A stretch of DNA of 64,000 nucleotides from positions 1,216,001 through 1,280,000 of the forward strand of contig OZ245011.1 of the NCBI GenBank assembly GCA_965223665.1, given 5' to 3'. This DNA comes from Nitrospinaceae bacterium (GTDB lineage Bacteria > Nitrospinota > Nitrospinia > Nitrospinales > Nitrospinaceae). The notes under the pieces were generated by a model that was not told the origin of the DNA, searched no databases, and saw only the letters and a list, made by a program, of their open reading frames with translations. Positions 10,527 through 20,608 of this stretch are shown here, in pieces (position 1 is the stretch's first letter; the number at the start of each line of letters is the position of its first letter). Made by a program: the position numbers and the translations under genes.

Positions 10527-12281
10527 ATGCGCTCCCTTTACGACCATTTTTTATTAGAGATAAGAACCTTTTGGGGGAAAGAATACAACTTTCTAATTCT
10601 TGCTGCCATCATTGGTTTTTTTGCTGGAATGGCTTCCACCTTTTTTCGTTGGATGATTTCAGGTTGTGAGTGGCTATTCTCTGAAAAAGGAATGGCATTT
10701 TTTGGACTTTCTGGAAACTCCACTCTTTTTTTATTGCCCCTTATGCCTTTATTAGGTGGTTTAATAATTGGCATTTTATGGAAATATTTTCCCGAAGTAA
10801 TCGCAGAGAATGGTATTCACAAAGTCATCGAGGCCGTAGCCCTCAAAAATGGAAAAGTTAAACGACGGTCCCTTTTTGTTTGTGCAATTACCTCTTCAAT
10901 AACTATTGGTTCAGGTGGTTCTGCAGGAAGAGTCGGCCCCACCGTCCAAATATGCTCAGCCATCGGTTCTGCCATTGGACAATTTTTTAAATTATCAACG
11001 GAGCGTATTCGTGTTTTGGTCGGTTGTGGATCCGCAGCAGGAATCGCCGCCACATTTAACGCTCCTTTGGCGGGTGTATTGTTTTCTATGGAAATAATTC
11101 TTGGAGAGTTTACTATCCGCACTTTTAGTCCCATTATAATAGCTTCAGTAATAGGTACTGTTACGGGCCGCGCAATAGAAGGAAATGAACTTACTTTTCA
11201 AACACCACTTCACGAAATGGTCAGCCCGATTGAAATTATTTTCTATTTAATATTAGGTGTCATCTGTGGACATCTAGCCCGAGCTTATATCCATTCCTAT
11301 TTTTGGAGCCAAAAGTTTTTTTCTGAAAAAGTTCCCTTACCCATATGGGCTAAACCTGCACTAGGAGGGCTCATGGTGGGTTTAATTGCCATATTTCTTC
11401 CTCAAATCAAAGGAAATGGATTCCCCTTTATGGAACAAGCCCTAAATGGAAACATGATTTGGCAAATCACTTTCGCCTTAATTTTTTTTAAACTGATAGC
11501 TACAATTTTGTGTTTGGGATCAGGCGGTATAGGGGGAACCTTCGCACCTTCATTGTTTATAGGATCCATGCTAGGAGCAACATTTGGAACTCTTGTCCAT
11601 ACTATCTTCCCCTCGCTTACAGCGACTAGCGAATCTTATGCATTAGTAGGAATGGGGGCGGTAACAAGTGCCGTTCTTCAAGCTCCTTTGACTTGCATTT
11701 TAATCCTTTTCGAAATGACGAATGATTACACCATAATTCTCCCAATAATGGGCTGTTGCATAGTTTCAACTTACACATTAAGAAATTACAATAAAAACTC
11801 ACTCTACATTCAAAACTTAATTAATGATGGAATTAATATTCGTCACGGAAGAGCGGTCAGCATATTAAGCTCTATATATGTTAGAGATGTAATGAATAGT
11901 GAAGTAGTTACAATCCCCTCGACACTCGCCCTTCCTCAACTTAAGGATTTAGTCTCCAAAACCAATCACTCCTATTATCCAATAGTAGATACAGAGGAAA
12001 AGATGGTGGGAATTCTAACTTTTTCAGATCTTCGAGAAGTTGCTCTGTCTAAAGAAATCTCTCCTGAGACAACCGCTATTGATTTAGCGACCAAAGATGT
12101 CATGACCCTGACGCCCAATTACAATCTTCAAGAAACCATGGAAAAATTTACAGAGTTGGGCGTAGATCAACTTCCCGTAGTTCAAATAGGTGATAAACAA
12201 AAAATCATTGGTTTCATAAACCGATCAGATGTCCTTGCGGTTTATAACAGAGAAATATTAATACAAGGCGTTCAAAGTTGA
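10527..12281 (+). CDS. CLC-family anion channel/transporter with C-terminal CBS pair
   Basis: GSGGSAGRVGP, AATFNAPLAG, GGTFAPSLFIG, FEMT motifs; CBS domains at C-terminus. Confidence 0.93.
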   Translation: MRSLYDHFLLEIRTFWGKEYNFLILAAIIGFFAGMASTFFRWMISGCEWLFSEKGMAFFGLSGNSTLFLLPLMPLLGGLIIGILWKYFPEVIAENGIHKVIEAVALKNGKVKRRSLFVCAITSSITIGSGGSAGRVGPTVQICSAIGSAIGQFFKLSTERIRVLVGCGSAAGIAATFNAPLAGVLFSMEIILGEFTIRTFSPIIIASVIGTVTGRAIEGNELTFQTPLHEMVSPIEIIFYLILGVICGHLARAYIHSYFWSQKFFSEKVPLPIWAKPALGGLMVGLIAIFLPQIKGNGFPFMEQALNGNMIWQITFALIFFKLIATILCLGSGGIGGTFAPSLFIGSMLGATFGTLVHTIFPSLTATSESYALVGMGAVTSAVLQAPLTCILILFEMTNDYTIILPIMGCCIVSTYTLRNYNKNSLYIQNLINDGINIRHGRAVSILSSIYVRDVMNSEVVTIPSTLALPQLKDLVSKTNHSYYPIVDTEEKMVGILTFSDLREVALSKEISPETTAIDLATKDVMTLTPNYNLQETMEKFTELGVDQLPVVQIGDKQKIIGFINRSDVLAVYNREILIQGVQS

Positions 12282-12285
12282 TTTT

Positions 12286-13314
12286 ATGTATTGGCTTAAA
12301 CCTAGACTCTTAATCCTAATTCTTGTTCCAATCCATTTGTTTGGCGGATGCACTTCTCCTGAAACAAATACACCTTATAAACGTACCCAATTCCTAATGG
12401 GCACTTTGGTCGAGATAACTATTTCAGGTGCTGATGAAAAAGTTGCGGCTTTGGCTTCCTCCAAGGCTTTTGATGAAATTGGTCGAATTGAAAAACTGAT
12501 GAGTACCTATATTAAAGAATCAGAGGTGTCCCAAATAAATGAAAACTCAGGAAAGAATTTTATAGCCGTTTCACCAGATGTTTTAAAAGTAATCCAATCA
12601 GGAGTCTATTGGGCTAAGGAATCAAATGGGGCTTTAGATATTACTATCGGACCGATAGCCAAATTGTGGAACTTTGAAAATCAAAACCCTTTGGTTCCCT
12701 CGCAGAAAGAATTAAAAAAGGCAATTTCGTTGGTGAATTTTCAGGATATTGAAATTTCTAAAAATAAAATCCGTTTGGCGCGTTCTGGTATGAATTTGAA
12801 TTTAGGTAGCATTGCCAAAGGATACGCAGTAGATTTAGCTTATAAAATTTTAAAAGGTTTAGTACCTAATGGGATTATTAATGCTGGGGGTGATTTAATC
12901 GCATTTGGAAAAAAAGACCCTGAACATCCCTGGATAATAGGCTTACAACATCCACGAAAACCTCAAAATCTTTTAGCTTCATTTGGTGTAGAAGGAATTG
13001 CCGTAGCAACATCAGGAGATTATCAAAAATATTTTGAAAAAGAGGGGAAAAGATATCATCATATTCTCAATCCAAGCTCAGGAAGGCCAGCAGAAGGCTT
13101 AACTTCTGTAACTGTTTCTGCACCCACAGTAATGGAGGCAGATGCCATTGCAACAGCAATTTTTGTAATGGGTTCACCAAAAGGATTAAGTTGGGTAGAA
13201 AATCTTGAAGGAACGGAAGCAATGCTGGTTTTACAGGATGGGAATATTCAATTTAGCAGCGGTTTTAAAAACCTTCCTCAATTTGTTTTGAGAACCTCCT
13301 CAAAGGATAACTAA
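12286..13314 (+). CDS. apbE: FAD:protein FMN transferase, lipoprotein
   Basis: Lipobox LFGGC, MGT, GSIAKGYAVD, ATSGDYQ, YHHILNP, ADAIATA. Confidence 0.95.
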   Translation: MYWLKPRLLILILVPIHLFGGCTSPETNTPYKRTQFLMGTLVEITISGADEKVAALASSKAFDEIGRIEKLMSTYIKESEVSQINENSGKNFIAVSPDVLKVIQSGVYWAKESNGALDITIGPIAKLWNFENQNPLVPSQKELKKAISLVNFQDIEISKNKIRLARSGMNLNLGSIAKGYAVDLAYKILKGLVPNGIINAGGDLIAFGKKDPEHPWIIGLQHPRKPQNLLASFGVEGIAVATSGDYQKYFEKEGKRYHHILNPSSGRPAEGLTSVTVSAPTVMEADAIATAIFVMGSPKGLSWVENLEGTEAMLVLQDGNIQFSSGFKNLPQFVLRTSSKDN

Positions 13315-13353
13315 TTTCAATTTTTTAAACTATTGCTCCTCTTACTTTTAATA

Positions 13354-15858
13354 TTAGTTTTTTCTATTTAATGGCCGGAATCCTTTGAGCAAAAGGGAAT
13401 TACTCACTACTGAAACTGAACTAAGTGACATCGCCACAGCAGCAAACATAGGTTTTAATAAAATTCCAAACGCTGGATACAGCAAACCCGCTGCAACAGG
13501 AATTCCCACACTATTATAGAAAAAGGCCCAAAATAAGTTTTGTTTAATTTTTTTCAACGTCGCTTTGCTTAAATCAATTGCATTGATCACCCCATACAAT
13601 TTTTTGGACATTAGAGTCACATCTGCCGTTTCAATAGCCACATCGGTTCCTGAACCCATTGCAATTCCAACATTGGCTTTTGCCAAAGCAGGGGCATCAT
13701 TGATTCCATCACCTACCATGGCCACAAAACGGCCTTCATTCATCAGCCTTTCTACCTCGTGGGCCTTCCCACTGGGCAATATTTCCGAATGCACCTCTTG
13801 AATTCCAATTTGTCTGGCAACAGCTTGAGCGGTCAGGGAGTGATCACCACTAATCATAACTACTTTCAATCCTCGACCCTTTAAATCCTTTATTACTTCT
13901 AATGCCTCTGACTTTATCTGGTCCGCTACAGCAATAATCCCTAAAAACTTTTTGCCTTTCAAGACAAACATAGGAGTTTTACCTTGATCTGCAAATTTAG
14001 TCAGCGTATTCGAAACTTTAGACAAATCTAAACCTTTTTCTTTCATAAAACGTGCGTTTCCAATTGAAACCTCTTCATCTTCCAACCATGCTTGTACACC
14101 AAAGCCTGGCAAATTTTTGAAATTTTTTACGGGAAAAAGGGTTAAATTCCTTGTCATCGCCTCTTCCACAATGGCTTGGCCCAAGGGATGCTCAGATCCT
14201 TTCTCCAAAGAAGCAGCCATTGTTAATAATTGTTGATCTTCCATTCCTGAGCCGGGCAGTGAAAACACATCGGTTACCTTTGGTTTTCCTTCTGTAAGGG
14301 TTCCTGTTTTGTCAAACACGACAGTATCCACTTTTTGAATTTGCTCTAAAGTTTCCCCACCTTTTATTAAGACACCCAATTCTGCCCCTTTACCTGTCCC
14401 CACCATTATGGCTGTGGGTGTCGCCAACCCCAGGGCGCATGGGCATGCAATAATCAAAACCGAAATCATAACCATCATTGCAAAAGGAAATGCACTGGTA
14501 GTCAAAGTGGTGATTTGAGGTCCCCAAATCCACCAAACCAAAAATGCAGCAATTGCTATTCCAATTACAATCGGGACGAAAATGCCGGCCACTTTATCTG
14601 CCAATCTTTGGACAGTGGCTTTTGATCCTTGAGCCTCCTCAACCAGTTTTATTACATGGGCTAATACGGAATCTTTTCCCAATCGATTCGCCTTCAATTT
14701 AAAAAATCCTGATTTATTTATACTGGCTCCAATAACAGCATCACCAATTTTTTTCTCGACAGGAATACTTTCACCTGTGATCATAGATTCATCTACAGAG
14801 GAATTTCCCTCAACTAGAATTCCATCCACAGGAATTTTTTCTCCTGGTCTTACGCAAACAATTTCATCAATCATTACTTTATCGATGGCTATCTCAATCT
14901 CTTTTCCATCTCTTATGACCTTTGCCGTTTTCGCCTGCATAACAATGAGCTTTTTAATGGCATCGGATGCTCTACCCTTTGCACGAGCTTCCATAAGCCT
15001 TCCCATTAAAACCAGAGTGATTATCATTGCCGACGTATCAAAATAAACCGATGTTTTATCCATAAAATCACTCATGAGACCAGGAAATACTGTAAGGATA
15101 AAACTATAAATATACGCAGCGGATGTCCCTAAAGCAATTAGGGTATTCATATCAGCAAATCCATGTTTAAGTCCGTTGATGGTTCCCTTGTAAAATTGCC
15201 AACCACCCCAAAACTGCACAGGCGTTGTTAATATCAATAAAATCCAAAACAACGAACTCTTACTTTCAAATAAATTTGAGTTCATTCCAGACATGCTCAA
15301 AAATAGAATAGGGACACTAAAAAAAGCGCAAAAAATAAATTTATATAAAAGGACTTTATATTCTCGCTGATGATTGTCCTTTTCAGGGAAGGAAGAAACA
15401 ATTTCGGTTTCTTCAGTGATGAGATTATAACCAATTTCATTTAAGGCTTTTTGGAAATCAATAACACCAACACGTGAGCCCAGGTACTCAATTGCGACTT
15501 TTTCACTTGCTAGATTGGCCTGAGCGTTTACTACTCCATTCAATTCTTTAAGCTTTTTCTCTACACGTGACACACATGAGGCACAAATCATCCCTTCTAT
15601 ACTTAAATTCTTTTTTATATAAGGAACCTCAAACCCAATACTCTCAACTGTGTTTAGGATAATATCAGGAGACACACTTGTAGGGTGGTAATCTACCGTT
15701 GCCGATTCTGCACCAAAATTAACCGTCGCCTGGTCTACACCATTTAGACTAGCTAATTTTTTTTCAATCCTTGAGGCACAACCTGCACAGCTCATCCCTT
15801 TAATGGGAATCGTGATATGCTTAATTTCATTTAAAGAATTATCATTCATTGGGATCAT
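13354..15858 (-). CDS. copA: Cu(+)-translocating P1B-type ATPase
   Basis: Two GMxCxxC HMA domains, [27 protein letters not shown] and MxxSS motifs. Confidence 0.96.
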   Translation of the reverse strand: MIPMNDNSLNEIKHITIPIKGMSCAGCASRIEKKLASLNGVDQATVNFGAESATVDYHPTSVSPDIILNTVESIGFEVPYIKKNLSIEGMICASCVSRVEKKLKELNGVVNAQANLASEKVAIEYLGSRVGVIDFQKALNEIGYNLITEETEIVSSFPEKDNHQREYKVLLYKFIFCAFFSVPILFLSMSGMNSNLFESKSSLFWILLILTTPVQFWGGWQFYKGTINGLKHGFADMNTLIALGTSAAYIYSFILTVFPGLMSDFMDKTSVYFDTSAMIITLVLMGRLMEARAKGRASDAIKKLIVMQAKTAKVIRDGKEIEIAIDKVMIDEIVCVRPGEKIPVDGILVEGNSSVDESMITGESIPVEKKIGDAVIGASINKSGFFKLKANRLGKDSVLAHVIKLVEEAQGSKATVQRLADKVAGIFVPIVIGIAIAAFLVWWIWGPQITTLTTSAFPFAMMVMISVLIIACPCALGLATPTAIMVGTGKGAELGVLIKGGETLEQIQKVDTVVFDKTGTLTEGKPKVTDVFSLPGSGMEDQQLLTMAASLEKGSEHPLGQAIVEEAMTRNLTLFPVKNFKNLPGFGVQAWLEDEEVSIGNARFMKEKGLDLSKVSNTLTKFADQGKTPMFVLKGKKFLGIIAVADQIKSEALEVIKDLKGRGLKVVMISGDHSLTAQAVARQIGIQEVHSEILPSGKAHEVERLMNEGRFVAMVGDGINDAPALAKANVGIAMGSGTDVAIETADVTLMSKKLYGVINAIDLSKATLKKIKQNLFWAFFYNSVGIPVAAGLLYPAFGILLKPMFAAVAMSLSSVSVVSNSLLLKGFRPLNRKN

Positions 15859-15936
15859 CCTGTCTTTTAGATGATGCTCCTATTGTATAAGATGCAACCA
15901 AAAGAGAATAATGAATTTATCAGCACGGGAGAACCT

Positions 15937-16737
15937 ATGAATACTCAAAAAACCAATCTATTTAAACTCTTAACCATATGTCTTATATTTCAGCTACCGT
16001 TAATATTGATTTTCCCACAAAAGGGACTTTCTCAAAAAAATCTTATCGATTTAACTCATTCCTTTGACGAAAAAACCATCTATTGGCCAACTAGCCAATC
16101 ATTCAAACTAGATGTTGTCCATAAAGGTCCAACCAAAGGAGGTTATTGGTATGAGGCTAATAATTATTTGGCCGCAGAACATGGAGGTACTCACATGGAT
16201 GCTCCTGCCCATTTTGCCAAGGGTAAATGGAGAGTGGATCAAATTCCATTATCAAGTTTAATTGCCCCGGGAATACTGGTTGACGTGAGTAAAAGAGCGC
16301 TTATCAATCCCGACTACCTTATTTCAACAGAAGATATAATTACTTGGGAAAAAACCCATGGTTCTATTCCCCCTGGAACCATTGTATTAATTAGAACAGG
16401 TTGGGAAAAGTTTTGGCCTGAAAAAATTAAATATCTGGGATCTGATGTAAAGGGGGATGCCTCAAACCTGCACTTTCCAGGGTTTAGTGAAAAAGTCGCA
16501 GAATTGTTAGTGTCGCGCAAAGTTGTGGCTGTTGGGTTAGACACAGCAAGCCTGGATTTTGGCCTGTCAAAAAAATTTAAAGCTCATCAGGTTTTTGGGA
16601 AAGCGAATATCCCGGGGTTCGAAAACCTACGAAATTTGGATAAAATCCCCTCTAAAGGATTCAGAGTTATTGCTTTGCCAATGAAAATCGGGGGAGGTAG
16701 TGGAGCTCCCTTGAGAATTATCGCTGAAATAAATTGA
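15937..16737 (+). CDS. Cyclase-family (kynurenine formamidase-like) metallohydrolase with signal peptide
   Basis: HGGTHMDAPAH, RTGW, ENL, GGSGAPLR; start reassigned to the ATG after GGAGA. Confidence 0.88.
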   Translation: MNTQKTNLFKLLTICLIFQLPLILIFPQKGLSQKNLIDLTHSFDEKTIYWPTSQSFKLDVVHKGPTKGGYWYEANNYLAAEHGGTHMDAPAHFAKGKWRVDQIPLSSLIAPGILVDVSKRALINPDYLISTEDIITWEKTHGSIPPGTIVLIRTGWEKFWPEKIKYLGSDVKGDASNLHFPGFSEKVAELLVSRKVVAVGLDTASLDFGLSKKFKAHQVFGKANIPGFENLRNLDKIPSKGFRVIALPMKIGGGSGAPLRIIAEIN

Positions 16738-16742
16738 AGAGG

Positions 16743-17147
16743 TTACCGTCTAGATAAGAAAGTTTTAATGGTATAAAACCCATAAATCAACAATAGAATA
16801 GCAATAATGGCATTTGAAAAAGAGTTTTCAGAAATGGACATAGTAAAAATGTATACACCTGAAAAACTTAAAATCAATCCTAAGCAAAAATAACCTGCGC
16901 TCTTCCAAAATGTGAAGGGAGACTTTTTCTGCAAATTTTCCCTTTTTTGCTTTAATTGCCATCGCCATCGTAAAACATGATACGTTTGGCGTAACCAGGA
17001 AATTAACCCACTATCTTCTACCAAGTTTGTACTACAGTACATACAATTGGTGTCAGATTGACGATTGGGAAAACCACAATTAAAACACAATTGGTAATTT
17101 TGCGGTTGTCGTAATGCGATTGGTTCTTTTTTATTTTTATCCATCAA
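16743..17147 (-). CDS. Hypothetical membrane protein with N-terminal CxxC-x10-CxxC zinc ribbon
   Basis: CFNC...CMYC; two C-terminal TM helices; AGAGGGA RBS. Confidence 0.78.
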   Translation of the reverse strand: MMDKNKKEPIALRQPQNYQLCFNCGFPNRQSDTNCMYCSTNLVEDSGLISWLRQTYHVLRWRWQLKQKRENLQKKSPFTFWKSAGYFCLGLILSFSGVYIFTMSISENSFSNAIIAILLLIYGFYTIKTFLSRR

Positions 17148-17212
17148 TAATTCCCTCTTTGTTTAAGCATTCGGAAAATGGTATTTTGTATCCATGCTTA
17201 AACAATTATTGA
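17144..17212 (-). promoter_or_regulatory. Long 5'-UTR inverted repeat with bulged Shine-Dalgarno
   Basis: 17160-17170 pairs 17194-17204 (11 bp); 17144-17151 pairs 17205-17212 (8 bp); 17152-17159 unpaired. Confidence 0.45.
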
Positions 17213-17343
17213 AACTGGAGAAATTCTAGTATGATTCTAAAACTCTGTCAATTAACAGTGAGTTTCCATATTTCAAATGATTGTTAAACGCCTATTTGTA
17301 TTCCTTATTTTATTAACTGATTTTATTTGCATACAAAAAAATA

Positions 17344-18168
17344 ATGAATAAAGTGATTAAAATTCTTATCTACTTGATTTTATTGATCCCTGTTGCCGTA
17401 CATTCTCAAAACTCCGATTCCCAACCCACAACAGATTATTCCAATATGGCCTTAATCAGCGAAGGTGTATTTACAATGGGCAGCTTCCATTCATTAAAGG
17501 AGCTGGATCCAGTATCTATATTTCAAGCCGATAGGCACCACTTAGGACCAGAGGATCCTGCACATGATGTTTTTTTGAATGGTTATTATATTGATATTTT
17601 TGAAGTGACCAATAAAGACTATAAGGTATATATGGAAAGCACTGCAATTTCTAAAGCGCCAAGATTTTTTGATAATGCGGACTTCAATCAACCCTTACAG
17701 CCCGTTGTCGGAATTACCTGGAAGGAAGCCCATAAATACTGTAATTGGAAAGGAAAAAGACTCCCCACCGAAGCCGAATGGGAAAAAGCTTCTAGAGGAA
17801 AACGATCCATAAAATATCCCTGGGGAAATGAAGCTCCCGATAAAACTAAGCTGAATTTCAATAATCTAGTTGGTAAAACCAAGCCAGTAGGCTCTTATGA
17901 AAAAGGCAAATCTGACTATGGGGTCTATGATCTTTCTGGAAATGTCTCGGAATGGGTTCAAGATTGGCATGATCCGGAATATTATTTATTTTCTCCGAAA
18001 AAAAACCCCCAAGGACCTAAAAAAGGAAAATATAAAATCATTAGAGGCGGGAATTGGAGGAATGGTGCTGAAGATGTAAGACTAACTTATCGAAACGCTA
18101 CTGTCTCCAAAGTCCGGAATCAAACGGTGGGTTTTCGATGTGCGGTTAATGCGAAAACAGAAAATTAA
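17344..18168 (+). CDS. FGE-sulfatase/SUMF1 (NirV-like) domain protein, exported
   Basis: FTMGS, FEVTN, RLPTEAEWEKA, YPWG, DLSGNVSEW, RGG, GFRC; signal peptide; no FGE catalytic Cys. Confidence 0.92.
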   Translation: MNKVIKILIYLILLIPVAVHSQNSDSQPTTDYSNMALISEGVFTMGSFHSLKELDPVSIFQADRHHLGPEDPAHDVFLNGYYIDIFEVTNKDYKVYMESTAISKAPRFFDNADFNQPLQPVVGITWKEAHKYCNWKGKRLPTEAEWEKASRGKRSIKYPWGNEAPDKTKLNFNNLVGKTKPVGSYEKGKSDYGVYDLSGNVSEWVQDWHDPEYYLFSPKKNPQGPKKGKYKIIRGGNWRNGAEDVRLTYRNATVSKVRNQTVGFRCAVNAKTEN

Positions 18169-18182
18169 AAAATCAACTGAGG

Positions 18183-19388
18183 TTACTTTTTTAATTGAAT
18201 AGAAATATGATCCCAAACGATTTTGGCAATTTCCTTTTTAGGCAATTTAGGAACTGACTCTATGTTTCCATTAGGAGTTAAAATACTAACTCGATTATTA
18301 TCGCTACTAAAACCTATTCCCGGAGAACTAATATCATTGACCACTATCATATCTAACTTTTTTTTATTTAATTTCTCTTTCGCGTTTTCAATTAAGTTTT
18401 GACTTTCGGCTGCAAACCCAACCACAAACTGGTTATTTTTTACTTTAGCCACTTCTTGTAAAATATCTACAGTTGGAATTAATTTCAATCCAAAAGGCTT
18501 ATCAATTTCTTTTTTGATTTTTTCCTTTGAAATTTCTAAAGGAGAGTAATCCCCTACGGCCGCGGTCATAACAAGAATATTACAATTCAAAAAATTATCT
18601 AAAACCAATTTCTTCATTTCTTCAGCTTTTTGACATCGAAAAAGTTTAATTCCAGCTGGTGGCTCTAAGCTAGTGGGGCCTGAAATTAGAGTAACATCTG
18701 CCCCTCTTGATTTAGCTTCTATCGCTATTGAATACCCCATTTTCCCTGAGGAGGCGTTTGTAATAAATCTTACTGGGTCAATAGGCTCGCGCGTAGGTCC
18801 CGCAGTTACTAAAATATTTTTCCCAACGAGATCCCCTGTAGTAGAAAAATACTTTTGAATTTCTTCAAATATGAGAGAAGGTTCCGCCAACCTCCCTTGC
18901 CCGACAACTCCACAGGCCAACACACCTGATTCTGGTTCAATAATTTTAAGGCCCCTTTTCTTTAAAATATTAATGTTACTTTGAACCGCAGCATTTTCCC
19001 ACATCGTTTCATTCATTGCGGGGGCCACAACAACCGGACCGGAAAAAGCCAAAAATAAATTTGAGACAGGATTATCTGCTAATCCTTGTGCTAATTGGGC
19101 AATTGAGTTTGCCGTTGCTGGAGCAATGACAAAAAGGTCAGATTTTTCTGCAACAGCAATGTGTTCCATACTTGCCGAATTATCTCCATCAAAGACTTGA
19201 TGGTATACAGGGTTTTCCGATAAAGCTTCAAAAGTAAGCGGAGTCACAAATTTTTTTGCATTTTCGGACAAGACAACAAAAACTGACGCACCTGCCTTGA
19301 TCAAGAGTCGTAGCAGTTCAACTGCCTTAAACGCAGCGATACCTCCAGTAACACCTAATACAATCTTTTTGCCTTTTAAGGATTTCAT
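18183..19388 (-). CDS. coaBC: Phosphopantothenoylcysteine decarboxylase/ligase
   Basis: GVTGGIAAFK, PAMN, LACG, TAGPTREPIDPVRFITNASSGKMG, VGFAAE. Confidence 0.98.
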   Translation of the reverse strand: MKSLKGKKIVLGVTGGIAAFKAVELLRLLIKAGASVFVVLSENAKKFVTPLTFEALSENPVYHQVFDGDNSASMEHIAVAEKSDLFVIAPATANSIAQLAQGLADNPVSNLFLAFSGPVVVAPAMNETMWENAAVQSNINILKKRGLKIIEPESGVLACGVVGQGRLAEPSLIFEEIQKYFSTTGDLVGKNILVTAGPTREPIDPVRFITNASSGKMGYSIAIEAKSRGADVTLISGPTSLEPPAGIKLFRCQKAEEMKKLVLDNFLNCNILVMTAAVGDYSPLEISKEKIKKEIDKPFGLKLIPTVDILQEVAKVKNNQFVVGFAAESQNLIENAKEKLNKKKLDMIVVNDISSPGIGFSSDNNRVSILTPNGNIESVPKLPKKEIAKIVWDHISIQLKK

Positions 19389-19513
19389 TATATTAATTAT
19401 TTAATTATATAAATCTATTTCGTGTCTCTGAAAAAATATTTATTTTGTCATTATATTTTTTATAAATAATCATTCCATAAATATTTTTTTTTGCAATAAG
19501 TATTATACCAAAA

Positions 19514-19542
19514 TTGACTTTTCATTATGCTTTGCATAACAT
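19514..19542 (+). promoter_or_regulatory. Putative sigma70 promoter with internal palindrome
   Basis: TTGACT-17 nt-TAACAT; TTATGC-TTT-GCATAA at 19525-19539. Confidence 0.5.
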
Positions 19543-19576
19543 TACTAACAATCAACACTAATTAGAGACTTATTTT

Positions 19577-20608
19577 ATGCATGCAACACCCGAATTAAGA
19601 AAAGACCCTATTGTCGATCGATGGGTCATTATTTCCGAAGAACAATGGAACCAGTTGGTAGATTTTCCCAGGGTAACCTTTAGAAGACAAATTACTGATT
19701 GCCCATTTTGTCCTGGAAATGAAAGTCAAACAAAACAGGAAATCCTGACACTACACTCTAATGGAGTTTTATCTCAAGAACCCGATTGGTCCTTAAGGGT
19801 AGTCCCAAGTAAATATCCATCATTGGCCCCTGAAGGCTCTACAGAAAAATTGGCCGAGGGTATATTTGACAGGATGAATGCAATAGGATCGCAAGAGATA
19901 ATCATCGAATCTCCAAATCACAGTGCTGTGTTAGAGCGGTTACCTGAAAGAAATGTTCAAAATTGTTTATGGGCTTTTCAAAAAAGAATTATCGAATTAA
20001 AAAAGAACCCACAACTTCGTTATATATTAATTTTTAAAAATCATGGAGATGCCGCTGGGGCCACCTTTGAACACACACATAGCCAACTTCTGGCTCTTCC
20101 GGTGGTACCGGAACTTATAGTAGATGAAATCAGCCGGGCAAAACAATATTATGAGTTTAAGGAACGTTGCGTATGGTGTGATATTATTTCCCAGGAAAGA
20201 ATAGATGGCCGACGGATAGTGATGGAGAATTCCGATTTTATTGCTCTTTGTCCATATGCGCCCAGAGTTCCATATGAAACATGGATTTTACCCAAACATC
20301 ATCAGTCTCATTTCGAAGACGAACCTTTATCTTCTTTAACTTCTGCTGCAAACATATTAAAAATGGTATTATTGAAAATTGGCGAGGCACTTGAATGTCC
20401 ACCCTATAATATGGTATTACACAATAGTACTATTCAAGGTAATCATAATAATTATTACCACTGGCACATAGAAATTATGCCCAAACTTTCCCGTATAGCT
20501 GGGATCGAACAAGGAACCGGCTTTTACATCAACCCCGTACCCCCAGAAGAAGCGGCGGAAACTCTCCGTTCGATCCCTAATCCCACCATAAAATGGCCCG
20601 CAGCTTAA
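19577..20608 (+). CDS. GalT-family hexose-1-phosphate nucleotidyltransferase-like protein
   Basis: ELRKDP, CPFCPGNE, IFKNHG..AGATFEHTHSQ, YHWHIEIMP, NPVPPE. Confidence 0.88.
   Translation: MHATPELRKDPIVDRWVIISEEQWNQLVDFPRVTFRRQITDCPFCPGNESQTKQEILTLHSNGVLSQEPDWSLRVVPSKYPSLAPEGSTEKLAEGIFDRMNAIGSQEIIIESPNHSAVLERLPERNVQNCLWAFQKRIIELKKNPQLRYILIFKNHGDAAGATFEHTHSQLLALPVVPELIVDEISRAKQYYEFKERCVWCDIISQERIDGRRIVMENSDFIALCPYAPRVPYETWILPKHHQSHFEDEPLSSLTSAANILKMVLLKIGEALECPPYNMVLHNSTIQGNHNNYYHWHIEIMPKLSRIAGIEQGTGFYINPVPPEEAAETLRSIPNPTIKWPAA

Noticed and set aside
17344-18168. DGR target or active formylglycine-generating enzyme
   Set aside because: No template repeat or RT nearby; the catalytic cysteines of FGE are absent
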